A DNA stretch of 64,000 nucleotides from Chara braunii (Eukaryota; Plantae; Charophyceae): the NCBI GenBank assembly GCA_003427395.1, contig BFEA01000002.1, positions 3,391,309-3,455,308 on the forward strand. The letters run 5' to 3'. Positions 1 through 13,800 of this stretch are shown piece after piece. The notes below the pieces were generated by a model. That model searched no databases. It worked only from the letters and a program-made list of their open reading frames with translations, and had not been told where the DNA came from. The position numbers and the translations under genes were made by a program. Position 1 is the stretch's first letter. The number at the start of each line of letters is the position of its first letter.

Positions 1-830
1 TGGGTACTCCTAAGGGACTTTGAATCTAGTGGGGGCAGAGCAAAAGAATCAGGGTAGGAAGGAATATTGTTCAACGTTTTGGGGAGTGAGAAACAAGTCA
101 TGAATGGGTAAAAGTTGACGTTTGTAGTGCATTATGTGCCTGTATGCGGTTCTTGCATTGGTGCAGGTGTGGGTCGTAATTGGTCTACTGAAAGTGAGGT
201 GTCATATGAGAAATTCGGACTGGATGTGCCTCAATTGTGAGAAGTGAGGTCTACTACTCGTTACACCTCTGATGCATATTACTATGCTTTGATCGAAACA
301 CTATACAGAATCGAGATTAATTGGGACCCCAAGTAAGGGAAAGGTTAATTGGATGGCTAGATCGATAGTCTAAAATTTACTTCAAGGAAGTTGATTTATG
401 ACATTAAACATTTATTATCCTAATATGTTAAATGAGATTTTTGAACGATTGTACTGGGATAAATTTTGAGTATGGAAGACTGCCTAGAAAAGTCGACTTG
501 AATTGTAAGTCGGTCAGCGCCTAGGTACACAACATACCTATTGAGTCTTACGGCGTTCTACCGCATATAATCCTATGCTGCGACGATCGAGAAAATGCGC
601 TCGGCTGACCTACCTCGACAATTGCATGTAAAAGCCTTCGCACGTGGGTCAGTAGCTCAACAGGGATACACTTGCCTAAGAATGGTGACAACTCCATAGG
701 TAGAGGTAAGTTATATCTCGCAAGGTCTTTGTCCTGTCACAGAGAGCCACGAGAGGTAGAGCTGGTGCGCACGGTCAAAGCGGTATTTTTTCGAAACGAT
801 GACAATAGAAAAAATTAAACTCAGTTTGCA

Positions 831-940
831 TAAGGGACGCTGGACTCGTTTTCCAGCAGGTGATGCTCCCCACCAATAGATGGAGCACCCCCCCGAGTAC
901 TAGTGGTGTTTGCTCTTACCAACACCACTAATACTGGCAG
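831..940 (+). repeat. ~110-bp dispersed repeat, probable TIR end of a MITE family (TAAGGGACGC...)
   Basis: Related copies at about 5215-5283, 9571-9700 (+), 10720-10828 (reverse complement) and 58741-58850 (+). Contains a small internal hairpin (tactagtggtg...caccactaatac). Confidence 0.6.
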
Positions 941-959
941 GGGTTTTCGTTATAAATAG

Positions 960-1009
<50 letters not shown>

Positions 1010-1742
1010 TCTATAGAAAAGTTACATTCTAAATTTTAAATTTTGATTCCATCTTAAAAATATATCATTCCACTTTTAAAATTTTCCGCTTTACTTGAAA
1101 ATTTTCTTTCCAAGAATAGGGTATCCCTTCTTATTTGAACTACATGCTAGAGATGAAATGAAAGTCTGAATGAGTTCATGAAATATTTTAATTAGACTGT
1201 TATCTATATATGAATTTTTTGTCATAAATAGGTTAATCCAATCTAAGTTAGAAGATATTTCTTGTAGTAGAATGAAAGTTTAATTTAAATAGTTCATAAA
1301 CCTGTTCATACTTTCATTCCATCTTTGAACAAATAGATGCACTTGAAAGGGAAATAATTTTGAAATATGCTAGGTTACCAATGGTCCGGAGATCTGACGC
1401 CTCCCCCGGACGTCTTCCCGAACGGCAGGTACCCCCGTCGTCCGGCTTTTTGACACTAAAAAAAATAAAAAATAAAAAAAATCACAGTGTTGCGGATGAC
1501 CTAGAGACCCCCCACAAAACTTTTCAGATTTTTCTGAGCATTTTGTGATAGGGTGGTATTTTTTTGGGGGGGGGGGGGTTACGATGGGTTTTTGTGGGGA
1601 TAGGAGGGATATAGGTGGGGATTAGAATCTTTGAAGATTTTTATCATTTATTCTCCTAGCCCAAATGATCCAAAAATTTGGTGGCATATCATACCTAATG
1701 CAAGGTGGAAGCCACTTGATGTTTTTCAAAAAAAAAAAAAAA

Positions 1743-1785
<43 letters not shown>

Positions 1786-1970
1786 TGCTAGGTCAGACAT
1801 ACCCTGTCCGGTCCGACGTCCGACCAAACGTCCAGTCGGACATCCCGGACGGTCAGGGGGGTCCCGGACTTCCGATCCAACAACCTAGAAAATATAAAGG
1901 ATTTTTTTTAAATAGAATGTTTTTTTCATCTTTCATTTCTTGTGGGAATTTTTATGTTGTAAAACTCCTG

Positions 1971-2792
1971 TGTGATATGACCATGATGTCCGACACTAAA
2001 ACACTTTACGTCTGGGTGTGGGACCGACCCGTGCGACAACACTCAGTGGGGCGACCATCGCTAGATAGAGTGTTGGGCCAGTGGGGCGCCACTGCCATCC
2101 ACGGGATGACAATCAATTCGTTAAAAAACAATAATAAAGAGTACGGGGGAAAGTGAGCATCGATGATGACAAAACTAGCGGCCACGAAGCCCGAACACCT
2201 TGTCTCATGTGAAAAATAATCGCGTCCGCCGATCTTGGCGATGGCTTCCCGTACGTCCAACTTACATACACGTGTCATTTCCTCGTTATAGGAGAAAGGT
2301 CGCGATGAGGATACGGGAAGTCGGCGCCCAGTCGGATTGGGACAATCGATCCACATGGCATAAACAAAGTTTGAGCACATGAGTTTACATAATATGTTTT
2401 TCAAACACATAAGTAAACGGTCGCAATGCTACGTGCTATATTGTCTTTCATTCATCCAACGAATGGATCCAAAATAATGTGAGTTTGATCCAATCAAGAC
2501 GATAATCATCATTCATTGAGTGGAGAGCATGCATTCACCTAATCTTAGCACAATCTTAGCTTAGTTAGCCCAACAGATGCATGTGTGTCACAAATCTCAC
2601 ATACACGAATCCTCAAGAGACACATCAACAAAACGAAAGAAAAACAAAACCGGTGAGATCACATGGGTTTACTGATCACATAAATTCAACAATACTCGTT
2701 TGTGCGAGATTCGATTGAATTCAACAGGGACGAGTGATACCAGGGAAGCATCAAATCATGTTGGCATTCATCAGGTCAACAAAAGCAAAGGG

Positions 2793-2870
<78 letters not shown>

Positions 2871-4245
2871 AAAAAAAAAAAAAAAAAAACTGCAGCGTAG
2901 TTTGACCGAAGAAGGGGACTGAGAAGAGAGGGAAAAAACTTTTGGTCATGCAGACAAGCTTAAGGGGGAACAACCAGCTATTCGATGTGGACTTAGGTTT
3001 TGAGAACGAAAGGAAGAAGAATCCAAAAATCAAGGCACACCGGCCTTCTTCTCTCTTATAATGGCCCTTGGCCATGCAGCCACTCGTACACACACACCCG
3101 TGTTACTCAGGTACTGATGATCCCAGTCGCCACGTACCAACCTTTTTAACACAACGATCGTCACCCCGCCAACTCAGCTTTTGCACCAACTTGCCCAGAT
3201 CCCACACTCCATCGCGGCCACCCGACACACAACCTTGCATACAGTTCAGTCAACTCGTCAAGACTTTCGGACTCGCTACTTGCACATCACCTGGCCACTA
3301 CTTCCTTGAAGTTGACAAATGGGTTGAGAGAGAGTTTTTCGGACGCGCTTGCGGGTTTTATAGTTGGGAAGAGGGGAATAGAAGATGGGGAAGAGTCGGG
3401 TAAAGATAGGAGGGGGTAATGAGAGAGTTTGAGTTAATCGCCCGGAGAAAGTCAAATCGATCCCCGTGAGTTTCGTCGCAGCCAATCAGATCACGACGTG
3501 TGGGGAACAGCCTCCTTACACGATGTCGCCTGACGACTCGAATACCCCAGGGGAGGGATCGGGACGGAGTTCTTGTATGGGGATGAAGGCGGGAAGGAGA
3601 AGAGCGCAAAGAGTAGTACAAAGCGGGACCAAGATTTAGACGAGAAGGAGTGGGGACTATGGGGGAGAAGCGCGAAGGGAGAGGGGATGGAAAACAGTTA
3701 CGGGTGAAGGAGGGATGACGCGGAGAGGAGAAGGGTGAAGAGGACATGGGTCATAGCGGGAAGCGGGGAAGCTTGTATGCATGGCACGGGTACATGAAAG
3801 AAAAAGGCACTGAAATTGTTACGTTTCGTTCATCCTAGTTTTAAAACTAATTCAAGATTGAAAAATTCAAAAGCAATATCAACAAGCGGAATCGACCTCG
3901 TGAAAGTCCTATGTCTATCTAGCTTCCTACGAAGAAAGGGCACGTCACCGGGAGGAGCGCCCACAATTTTTGGAGTTCCTAACTGCCGAACAAAATTCCT
4001 AGCTCGTTTGCTAAGGCGCACGTAATTCCTATGTAGATGTCTGGATTGCTGAAAAGAAATTGCAAAGGAGTCCAAAAGAAACATTGTCTTGGACGTGAGA
4101 GAGCCTAATTGGCCCGCGATTCCGTGCACTGAGGTGGTAGCAAAAAGAGGGGTACTCCAAAAGCCCAAGAGAAATCCAAAAAGTAGGAACAACAAAAACT
4201 CAGGTCTTCAGAAGATCATTTGGGTACGAAAGCTGGTACGTCACA
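1971..4245 (-). mobile_element. Diverged solo LTR related to the LTRs of the 23313-36800 Gypsy element
   Basis: Ends in ...gtacgtcaca (4245), compare ...ttcgtcaca. Shared blocks with the large LTR include ggggcgccactgcc...gatgac.atcaa.tcgtt and cgcgcttgcgggttttatagtt (TATA on the - strand, ~3350). No clean TSD, so the left end is uncertain. Confidence 0.7.
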
Positions 4246-6097
4246 CGCTGGGCTTGGAAGAGAATAGATAGACTAATCTACTTATACCTAAAACGAAACC
4301 AAATCAGGAAATTGGGACAATAGCCGGAACCGGTAGGACAAAGGAAGGAGTGGAGCTACCAAATTTTCCATCGAGTGAAACAGTGGACCCAAGGGGCCCA
4401 TACGCTGTCTATCTTCCTATTAAATTGGATCAGAGTCGTGTCAAAGTAGAGGTCCGAAAAATTCCTATGTCCGAGTTCCAACTTCAAACTGTAGAGAAAA
4501 CCTGCTTCAGCTCCTGGAATAGTGCCCATTGTATGCAGTTGTCGAGTACCCTTCCGTGGAAAATCTCTTACCGAATGCAGCAACTCCACATGAAATGTCA
4601 GACCCCGGGCGTACAAAGATAAGCGTTTATTAGGCGGCTTCACGAGAGAGACTAAGAAAGCATGATATCGTTTTGCGTTCTTCCTCCATCTGCTCAGATA
4701 GAGCACCTGCACTAGTTTTCCCTCCTTTATTGCCTGCTTGCATTGTCCCAACTTGACTTTTTTGCCCGCTATACACACATATGAATCCTCAAACACACGT
4801 TTCACTGCTTTCCACTTGTCACACCATACTTTACCCCTTTCCGATTTAAATGTGAAGTTACGACATCCCTTCTCCTTTTGCTCACAAAGCCCTTTAAGAA
4901 ATCGCACCGTACTTTCTGTAGATGTTGCTATTCTCACCCTAACGACGCTTGACACATCCTGTCTCATCCAGTGTCATCCACTACTCTACTCTTAATCCCT
5001 TCCCGTCGTTCCCTTCGTCTTTTACCTTTCTTTCTTTCCTCCCTCCCTCGTCTTTCTTTCATTCTTCTGTAGACGGTGCCCTTCTCACCCCAACGACGTT
5101 TGATGCTGCTATTCTCACCCTAAGGACGTTTGACACATCCGTTACCCTACTCTTTCTCCTGTGCATGTTTGGAACCTCTTTCAGAACACCGAGTCTGTTG
5201 AAGTTGGATCGCTCTAGGGGTACTAGCGGTGGTTGCTCTTATCAACACCGCTAGCACCCAGGAATAGGGCCTGGCGTCCCTTACAAAGATTCCGCAGTCC
5301 TATTTAAGGGCAAGGCATCACCAGCCACCAAGCTAAAAAACTAGACCACTGACACCACAAATCCCATGTCGAAAGGCAGCCACAAAGAAGCAAAAACAAA
5401 CAAACAAAAAAGAAGACCAACAGTACAATGTTTTTTTTTTTTTTTTCCCAACAGTACATTGTAATGTCCCCTGCTCATCCAAAGTTACCACTGACCCCTG
5501 AGCGGGTGGCCTTGCTGCACTTCTCTCCAAATGTGTAAAATGAGAATGAATCTTCGGCTAGACCATGGAAAGATACACTGCCGTATTTTTTGTCTTTTGT
5601 GCATGTGGAGAGTAGTGCAGCGAGTAATATGTCAAGCCAAAGCTTAGGAAAAACCACCAGTACTTCCTAAAGTTGTGCCCGTTAACAAGCCACAATTTTA
5701 GGAAATATACGGGTCACTACAGGAGCGCCCAAATTCATCCGACTAGAAACATTTCTCCTCTATTTTTTTTCCGCGGCGGATAGTTGGGCCAAGTACTGGT
5801 GTCAACTTTACTCCAATCATGCACCGCACGAATAGTCTAAGAATAGAGTGAGATCACACCACACGAGAAAGACAGATGTCCCCGTACACCACTTAGGGTC
5901 TGATCCCACCTCTTCTGTTTTTCGAAAGAACGTAAACGTGCCACGAAAAATGGAGGGGCGGGCAGGGAACGTAAAAGAAAAATGCAACCCCAGATGCCCT
6001 ACTTTTCCGGGGCTTTACGTAACCAAGCGGCGCTATCCTATGGCGCCTCCACGATCCAACGTTCTGCACATTAGGGGGAAAAAAAAGAAAGACAAAA

Positions 6098-6402
6098 ACA
6101 AGGGCACCTTCTTTCACCGTGCAGAGTAAGGGGGTGACGTCTTTCAATTTTTGAAAGAACTACCGGTACTCCAATCACGCTCCTTGGAAAAAAAAAAAAA
6201 AAAAACAAGGGCACCTTCTTTCACGGTGAAGGGTAAGGGGGTGGCATCTTTCGATTTTTGAAAGAACTACCGGTACTCCAATCGCGCTCCTTGGAAAAAA
6301 AACAAAAAGACAAAAACAAGGGCACCTTCTTTCACGGTGCAGGGTAAGAAGGTGGCATCTTTCGATATTTGAAAGAACTACCGGTCCTCCAATCGCGCTC
6401 CT
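6098..6402. repeat. Tandem repeat, ~3 units of ~105-110 bp
   Basis: aacaagggcaccttctttcac...gaaagaactaccggt.ctccaatc occurs three times. Confidence 0.85.
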
Positions 6403-6452
6403 TGCACCACGTACGACGTCGTTTCCACATGCCCGACAAAAGAGGGCTGCGC

Positions 6453-7974
6453 TGTAACGCCCCACCTCACGCCCAGCGTGACTTCCTGATCGGAGTGGGA
6501 CGGGGACCCGGAAGTGCGAAGAAGGGGTTGTGCCAAGGAATTTAGGAAAGTGAGGGTGGAGTCTCAGATCGGAACTGAGATCTCCTGTGGCAAGTTTCAG
6601 GGGTAAAAGTGCAAGAGGGGATATGCAGGTCGGTCCTTGGTGCTTTAATCCTTATGAGAAGGAAGGTCAACCACCTCTCGTGGTTTATGCACAGCGGGAA
6701 AACTGCAGATGTCGTGCAGCATACGACAGATGGTCAAAGTTTTCGGGATACTCTTCTACAACCCCAGTGGCAAGAGATCTAAACACTCTTGCATTCTCGA
6801 ACGAAATCCCAACAACATTGCCCCTGCCAACGAACCCCAATTTTGTCAGCTTAAACCCAAAAATGGAAATCGCCATCGCCTTTGGTTTCGCCTTCAGGGT
6901 CGGTCGCGCACTTCGGCCAGTTGTCGGCGCCGCTCGTAGCAGGCTTGGGATTCCACCGAGGCGGGCCGTAAACGGAGTCTGTGCACTCGCCGCTCAGCTT
7001 CGGTTCGAGTATGTCGGGTATTTCCCGAAGCTCGGCGCGCTCGGTAATGCTGACAACCCTCGCATGGCGGGCTGGGTCAATAGCGAGCTATGGAATTCCA
7101 CGGAACCACAGTGAGTTGGTGATAGGGGAGGAGGAGACGGAAGGGAGGGAAGTTGGTGGTGATAACGACGAAACCCGGGGATATATAGTATTGAGTATTG
7201 TCCGTATCTGGGTAGTCTGGGCCTCTAGGATCGTTGGTTATCGCCCAGTGGAAATCCCCCGCGCATAGTCAGTCGTGCTCCGTCAGACAGGCGAATTCCG
7301 GGTTTCTAAAGTTTCCCCGTAATCTAAGTTGTTCGCCTTCCCAATACTCACGATATTCCGGGTCCCTCAGGTTTTCGTAGTCGGACGCCCAAGAGGGAGA
7401 TCTTTCAGCCATGTCCGTTTAGTAAGCCGAATCCCCCGCATCCTTACACGGGGTTAAGGCTGACTCACGAGGACGAGCGCGTACGTGGCGACTCGACTTT
7501 CTCGAGATCGTGATCGTGCGCGCGCGTACTCGTAAGGAACAACCGATTGGTTCCGGTTACGTTCAGCATAAGTACAAATATCCTACCAATCACTACATGC
7601 CATACATGTGACGCAAAAGGACGATCAACTCATCACAGCACTCCCGAGTCTTAACGACGAGACCCCAGACATCAAGACGAGCATTTTCAATCAGTTCTGA
7701 GCGTATAGCTCCCGCAAGTGAACATTGGTTAGAGACGAAACAGGCATCGCAAAACAAAGCTAGAAATCCGAAAAGATCTCTAATAAAAGGGAATTTACAT
7801 TCATTTCATGCATGCATACCGAATAAAATCACAGGAAAATCCGAGACGACGTACAAGCGAAGTTCAAAAGAGGAGGCCGTGACAACAAAATCGGTCATAC
7901 CAGGATTCAAAATTGTAGAGATGAACAGGGGAAGAAGGAGACAACAAAAAAAAAACTTATCCCATACCCACACA

Positions 7975-8033
<59 letters not shown>

Positions 8034-8053
8034 NNNNNNNNNNNNNNNNNNNN

Positions 8054-8130
<77 letters not shown>

Positions 8131-9157
8131 CCCGATACCAACAGTCCATCGCCGCGTATCAACGCAGAGTTGTCACCCTGCTTGGTTCAAGCATGCAAGC
8201 CAGGTTCGCCCGTGCACCACAGTCCGTCGCGGCCCCGCACGTCAACCCCGCATACCTGACACCAGCTCGTCAGATCGCCCAACTCTCGCACTCACTTACC
8301 TTCCAAACTTGCTCGTTAGCCGACCCTCACTGATCGCGCTAACCTTGAAATTCTTAGAGAGACAACTAATCGCGCTTGCTGAATTTATAGTGTGCATGTT
8401 TGCGCGAGGAATACGGGATTAGCCCCAATGATGAGAAAGAGAAGAGAGGAAGTGCCTACGTCTGCATGTCTGGGTCGCGGCGCGGGGGACTGAGCCACTC
8501 TCCACGCATCGATCCGGTCATGCAGGCATAGGAACCAATCAGGTCAGGGAAGAAGGCGTGCATGTGCGGGCGAGCACAAGGCGGGAAGAGGGAAGAACAC
8601 GAAAGGACATCAAGAACGAGAAGATTACAGTTGCAATTACACCGCGCCAAAACATTTACAGTTACGTGCAATATTAAGGCGCAAAAAGAAGTCCAAACAC
8701 AAATCTTGTCGCGGCAAGGTGTGCGTAAGCAGGGAGCGCCACGCAGAAAAATCCAGAAGGCGCCTAAATTCTTATCTTAAGTCCTAATTGCAACGGAAAA
8801 ATTCTAAAGAAAAACAATTCCGAGAGTCCGTGGGGGCTCGACACCAGTTGAAAATTCAAAACGATATTCCCGCGCGATGATCGCACCAAAATTCTCAGTG
8901 CTCACAGCAGAACAAGAAAGCAAAAGCTATGATACAGTTATTCTTCGCGCTCGCTAAGGCGAGGTTCTCCAACCATTGGCACGAGATCTTCCCGACACCA
9001 ATCCGTCATTCTCACCAGAAAACGAAAAAGAAACGAGAACATCCATGCAATTTGTTCGCCCGACCCGCCTGCCCACAGCTCACCCCTTCGACCCGTCGTA
9101 TTTCCCCAAACACCTTCGCGCAGAAAATTGCGCGGTTTCAGAAAGTGGTTCGTCACA
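6453..9157 (-). mobile_element. Solo LTR (2.7 kb) related to the large Gypsy LTR, with 4-bp TSD GCGC
   Basis: Termini tgtaacgcccacctcacgccc...gtggttcgtcaca match those of the 23313-25965 LTR. GCGC at 6449-6452 and 9158-9161. TATA-like motif near 8385. Confidence 0.85.
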
Positions 9158-10044
9158 GCGCACGGGGAAAGTAGTGGGATCCCGTTTTTTCCAAAAAACT
9201 ACACAGCTTATAAGAAGTGGGATCTGACTCTTATTGTTGAAAAAAACATAACATGAAGTACAAATATGGCGTTATTTTTTGTCTTTTGTGCATGTGGAGA
9301 GTAGTTCAACGAGGCCCATAGTGATCACTAAGGAAACACAGCAGCCAGCAGGGGTTACCTACTTCCCCCGAACATAACGCACCCTGAAATCGGACGTATG
9401 CAAGCTATATTTCCGGTCCGGTACAACTAAGATGATGGTGCGTTGCGTTCGGGGGAAGATGGTAGTCTTTCATGATCCTTTCTGGCGCTGGTCGGTGAAG
9501 AGGCCCCAAAGATTGCTCAATTTCTATCATGCAAGGTCATCCTGGTACTTTCGGACCTTGTAGTCAATCGAAGGGACTCTGGACCCTGTCTCCAGCAGGT
9601 GCAGCTCCCCACTAATAGAATGCAGCCATCGGCATTCAGCAGGCTTCCACCACCAGGGGCTCTTCCCACCCTGGGGTCGCGACCCACTAGCAGCGTTGTA
9701 CAACATGTGTGACACAGTTTTCGCATTAATAGATTGAGAGAAGAATATAGATTACTTAAAAAAAAAAAAAATGGTTTTTTCGATTTTTGTAGATTTTACA
9801 AACTCCTTTTTCTGCGAATCAAAGAAAGCAAAAGCATTTTCAAGCTTCTCCTGTCAGCCAATGGGCAAGGTGGCAGCAAATTCGTCACTTGTTTTTTAGG
9901 ATGGGCTCTTCGATCAGCCAATTTGCTGGCTGCGTCCTCTGAAGGTCATGTTTCTGTTTTGCCCATCTTATGGAGGGGCTGAGAGCAACGAGGAAGAGGC
10001 TCGCCGCACCAGTCACCAAATGGGTGAAACGCAGAATGCATTTA

Positions 10045-10573
10045 GCCCTGCAACGCGGCAAATATACACCCGCGGCGCTATAGTTTTCGTATTTTTCACA
10101 TTTGGTGAGTGGTGCGGCGATACCCCTCGTCTTCCCCGGTTTTGACGCCGCAGCAGCTTGGCAATCCTGACCTTCACGTCCGTCTACGAGGAACGAGAGG
10201 AGAATGATCGTCTCGTGAGGGCGTGTAATAAATCACTGGCGTTGCTCCAGGCACGCTGACATCAAATTAGGGTTTCCACGTGGCACCCACCCCTAGCTCT
10301 TGGCCTCTCGATGACATTGACTGTGGCCCGAAAATCGAAGAGCGGCGGCCATGAAGCAGCGCACCAAAGCGAAAGGTTCATAAAGGCCGGTCATGTACAC
10401 ACGCGCTCGAAGTTATGGCGGGTAACTAAGGGCATACTCACACTAGGACTTTTTGGATTGAGCTCCGGACGTGATTGCGGTCATGTGCCATGCAGGTTTG
10501 GCTGTAATTGCAGTCACATACATGTGGTATAGTTCTCGTGTGCGTGATCGAGGAGGGGTGCGTTCATTCATGT
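10045..10573. repeat. Duplicate of 15483-16004 (LINE 5' region / PPR upstream region), flanked by a ~95-bp direct repeat
   Basis: Near-identical sequence from ccctgcaacgcggcaaatatacacccgc to cgttcattcatgt. The flanking repeat lies at 9941-10038 and 10577-10674. Confidence 0.85.
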
Positions 10574-10673
10574 TATGAAGGTCATGTTTCTGTTTTGCCC
10601 ATCTCATGGAGGGGCTGAGAGCAACGAGGAAGAGGCTCGCCGCACCAGTCACCAAATGGATGAAACGCAGAAT

Positions 10674-10708
<35 letters not shown>

Positions 10709-10849
10709 CAAAAAGGCCTCCGCCAGTGCTATTGGTGCTGATAAGAGCAGACACCGCTAGCACCTGGGGGGAGCTCCATCTATTGATGGGGAGCAGCACC
10801 TGCTGGAAAACGGGTCCAGCGTCCCTTACACTGACTGAAATTTGAATTT

Positions 10850-13800
10850 GTCTGGAACATGGGTGTGAGGAGTTTCTGAGAAGTTTCTGTCGGCATTGAT
10901 TACCCTGGGGTCTAAGGGATTGACCGAGCAGGATGTTGGGGGGAAGGGAGAACCTCTTCGCCTTAACCCGGCGCCAAATACATCACTTATACACTAGTCC
11001 TTCCTTCGCCCTGAGCCGCAACTAACTTTTATCGCTTTTAGTATCAAAAAATAAAATCAAATCGGCTTGTTGCCACCCAGAAGGCTGTTGTTTGTACTGT
11101 TCTACTGTTTAAAATCCCACCCTCCTTTTAGGGGGTATGTCTTTGAAGTGTCCCTAAGCTGCCAAGAATCACCTGTGAGTGTGGTTGTGTCCAGGGGGCA
11201 CCAGACTACCACCTGTTTCCTTTTATGTGAAGTACTCAGTAAGGGAGAGGGGGTGGGGCGGGAAGGGATCAGGAAAGTTTGTAGGGGGGCATAGGAGGAA
11301 AGAGGGATCAATATTCAACCAGTCTTTAAACAAAAGTTTATAGTCCCTCATCCTTTCTAAGTCTTGATAGTCATTAAAAGTGTCGTCATACCCGCTCTAT
11401 TTTACTTCTGCTATCCATCCTTCCTTTTCCCCTCCTAACCACTCCTGGCAGAAGGAAGTAATTGCCTTCTTAATGTCTTTTCTCTGCCGGAATAGGTTCA
11501 ATTGTGATTTTAGAGTTTGCCACTTTTGTGTTATTTCCATCTGGATCTGTTGTTTTATTTGTTCCATGATCTCCGCTGCATCAATTTGGACTTTATCCAG
11601 AGTAAGAAGACACCGTTGCCACCATAAGGCCCATAACACTGTCCGCCTCCCTAATCTGAACATATTATCTTCGAAGTTGGAGGTGTCTTCTACCGGTCGC
11701 CAATGGCCTGCCAGTATCGTTTGCCATGACCAAGGCCAGGGGGCTGAGGCGCCCATCTTCCTCCAGATGCGTTTCCAATTTCTCTAAATGAACTGGGCAA
11801 TCGGGCATTGCATGAACACATGCTCGATTGTCTCAACTCTCTTGTGTGATGGGAAGAGGTTAAAGCAGCGTTGGCACCATGGTAACAGTTCCCCCCTTTG
11901 TTCCAAGTATGTCCGATCGACTAGCCAATTATTCGTAGGTAGGCAGCGGTGAATTATCTGTCATTGCGATAAATTTATTTTAGCCTGTCGGGACTTCCTT
12001 TCATGGAACCAGCGGATGGGTTTGAGAAGGTTCAGATCCACATTTAAATGTCTCGCCCAACGGTCATTTATTTGATCCTTCAGGCAACGTTTGGGCCGTA
12101 GCATCCTATAAGTGGATTTAACTGTCAGTTTATGTAGATAAATTCATTTCGGGGTATGCCCTGTTTGAATCTGTGGAAGTTTCCAACGCCACTCCTCTAG
12201 GTCAAAAGGCAAGTCCCGAATGTCTTTGTCTGGATGTAAGGCTGACCACCCCTTTCCTTCATCCAACACTCTGGTTCTAATGAGTTATGTTTTGTCCACC
12301 CATTGGAAAGGGGCTGCACTTCCTTTGAGGGTGCCCTTCTGTTCTACAGTATAGTATTCTATTAAGGCTTTTTGTGAGTCTGTCATATATACTCTACCAA
12401 CTCTCCCTACCTGTCCAATGTGAGCCACCCAGTCCCCTTCTTTTATTGATGGGCCCTGTCTCAGTATTTGATATCATGCCAAGGGGATGCTTTCAATTAG
12501 CTGATCTAGGTGACACCCTATGTGGTGACAGTATCTGAGTGTTGCTCTTAGTTGTTCAATGCCTTTCCAGTTCTTACTCTCGCTGTCCCATAGGTCCCCC
12601 ACTCGCAGGATCCCCCGTTTTACCCAGCCTTCCCATGGTGGGACTGAACTCACCATTACACGTCCTTTTGTATCTGTGATCCATCTGTTCCCAAAAAGGG
12701 GCTGACGGAAGACCTCCTCCCAACGGTCCGGGGGGGTTCTGTATGGAAGCAGGAGTATGCGCCAGGTTTTGAGGAGTTTTGACCATAACTCATCCTCCTG
12801 TCGGCCCGTCTGCTCTCCTCCGTGTTGGTGGTCCAGAGACCTCTTTGGTAACCCAGAATCTGTCATATATCCATCGCAATGGGTGGGTTCCTTGGGGGGA
12901 TTCCGGTGCTAGGCGGGACATATGTTCTAGAGCTAGTACAGTCCAAGGACTTCAGGGCGAAAAAAATAATTTTTTGATCCACTGGATGGTTGGGTCGATG
13001 ATCCTCAGTCCCCCGCTTGCCTTTGGTTGTGTGACTGAGTCCCATGCTACCTGACTGATCACGTGGGTGCATTCGCCGTCTCCTCGCCAAAGGAAGGCGG
13101 TTGTCTTAAATTTCATCCAGACAATTTGTTCAAGGCCGAGGAGCTGATCCAGACATCATTTGTAATCGGTTTGCCTTGTGCGGTCATGGTTATCCCTAGA
13201 ATACGTAAGGGTGCTTCCAACGGTAGCCACCTGATTCTTGGTGTCTCTGGAGGGCCGCGGGCGGCCGCCTTAGTAATGGATCCACCAGCCTTGTGTTTTA
13301 CTCCCCCAATTTATCTTCATATCCAAGATCTGTGCAAATCTGTCCATCATGTGGTGAATTTCCTCCATATTTTGCCTAGTTGCATCAACCATTATCGTTA
13401 AGTCGTCAGCAAAAAGGGAGCATACCGGGACAACTTCCTCGGGGATGTGGGAGACCCGAATTCTAGATATATTTTTGTTTGCCCGCAGGTTCGCCGCCAG
13501 GGCTTCCATAATGATCAGAAACAAGAAGGGGGCAATATGATCTCTTTGACGCACCGATCGTTCTAATTGAATGGGGGGTGTCAATGTCCCATTGATCTGC
13601 ATGCATCTAGTTGCATTCTGGTGGAGGATTCTGACCCACCTTCTGAAGTGCGGTCCGAAATTCATCTTCTCCAGACATGTTTTGAAAAAAAGCCAGTCTA
13701 CGTGGTCATATGCCTTCTCAAAGTCTATGAAGATGATCACAGCATTGTGCTGTGAATGCCTGGTCAGCTGTAGTACTTCATGTACCAGCAGAACGTTTTC

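Noticed and set aside
1-800. Possible decayed retroelement protease region; similarly the ORF at 4356-4967
   Set aside because: No intact diagnostic motif, so it is too weak to call.
2700-2922. RE/LS-repeat, poly-K/F and X-run ORFs here and elsewhere
   Set aside because: These are translations of (GA)n microsatellites, homopolymers and N gaps.
6098-6402. Regularly spaced repeats resembling a CRISPR array
   Set aside because: Whole units are repeated with no unique spacers, there are no cas genes, and the context is eukaryotic.
8128-8140. PBS-like TGGTATCGGGAAC on the - strand
   Set aside because: It lies inside a solo LTR that is colinear with the large LTR, with no gag/pol or second LTR. 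Treated as chance or a relic.
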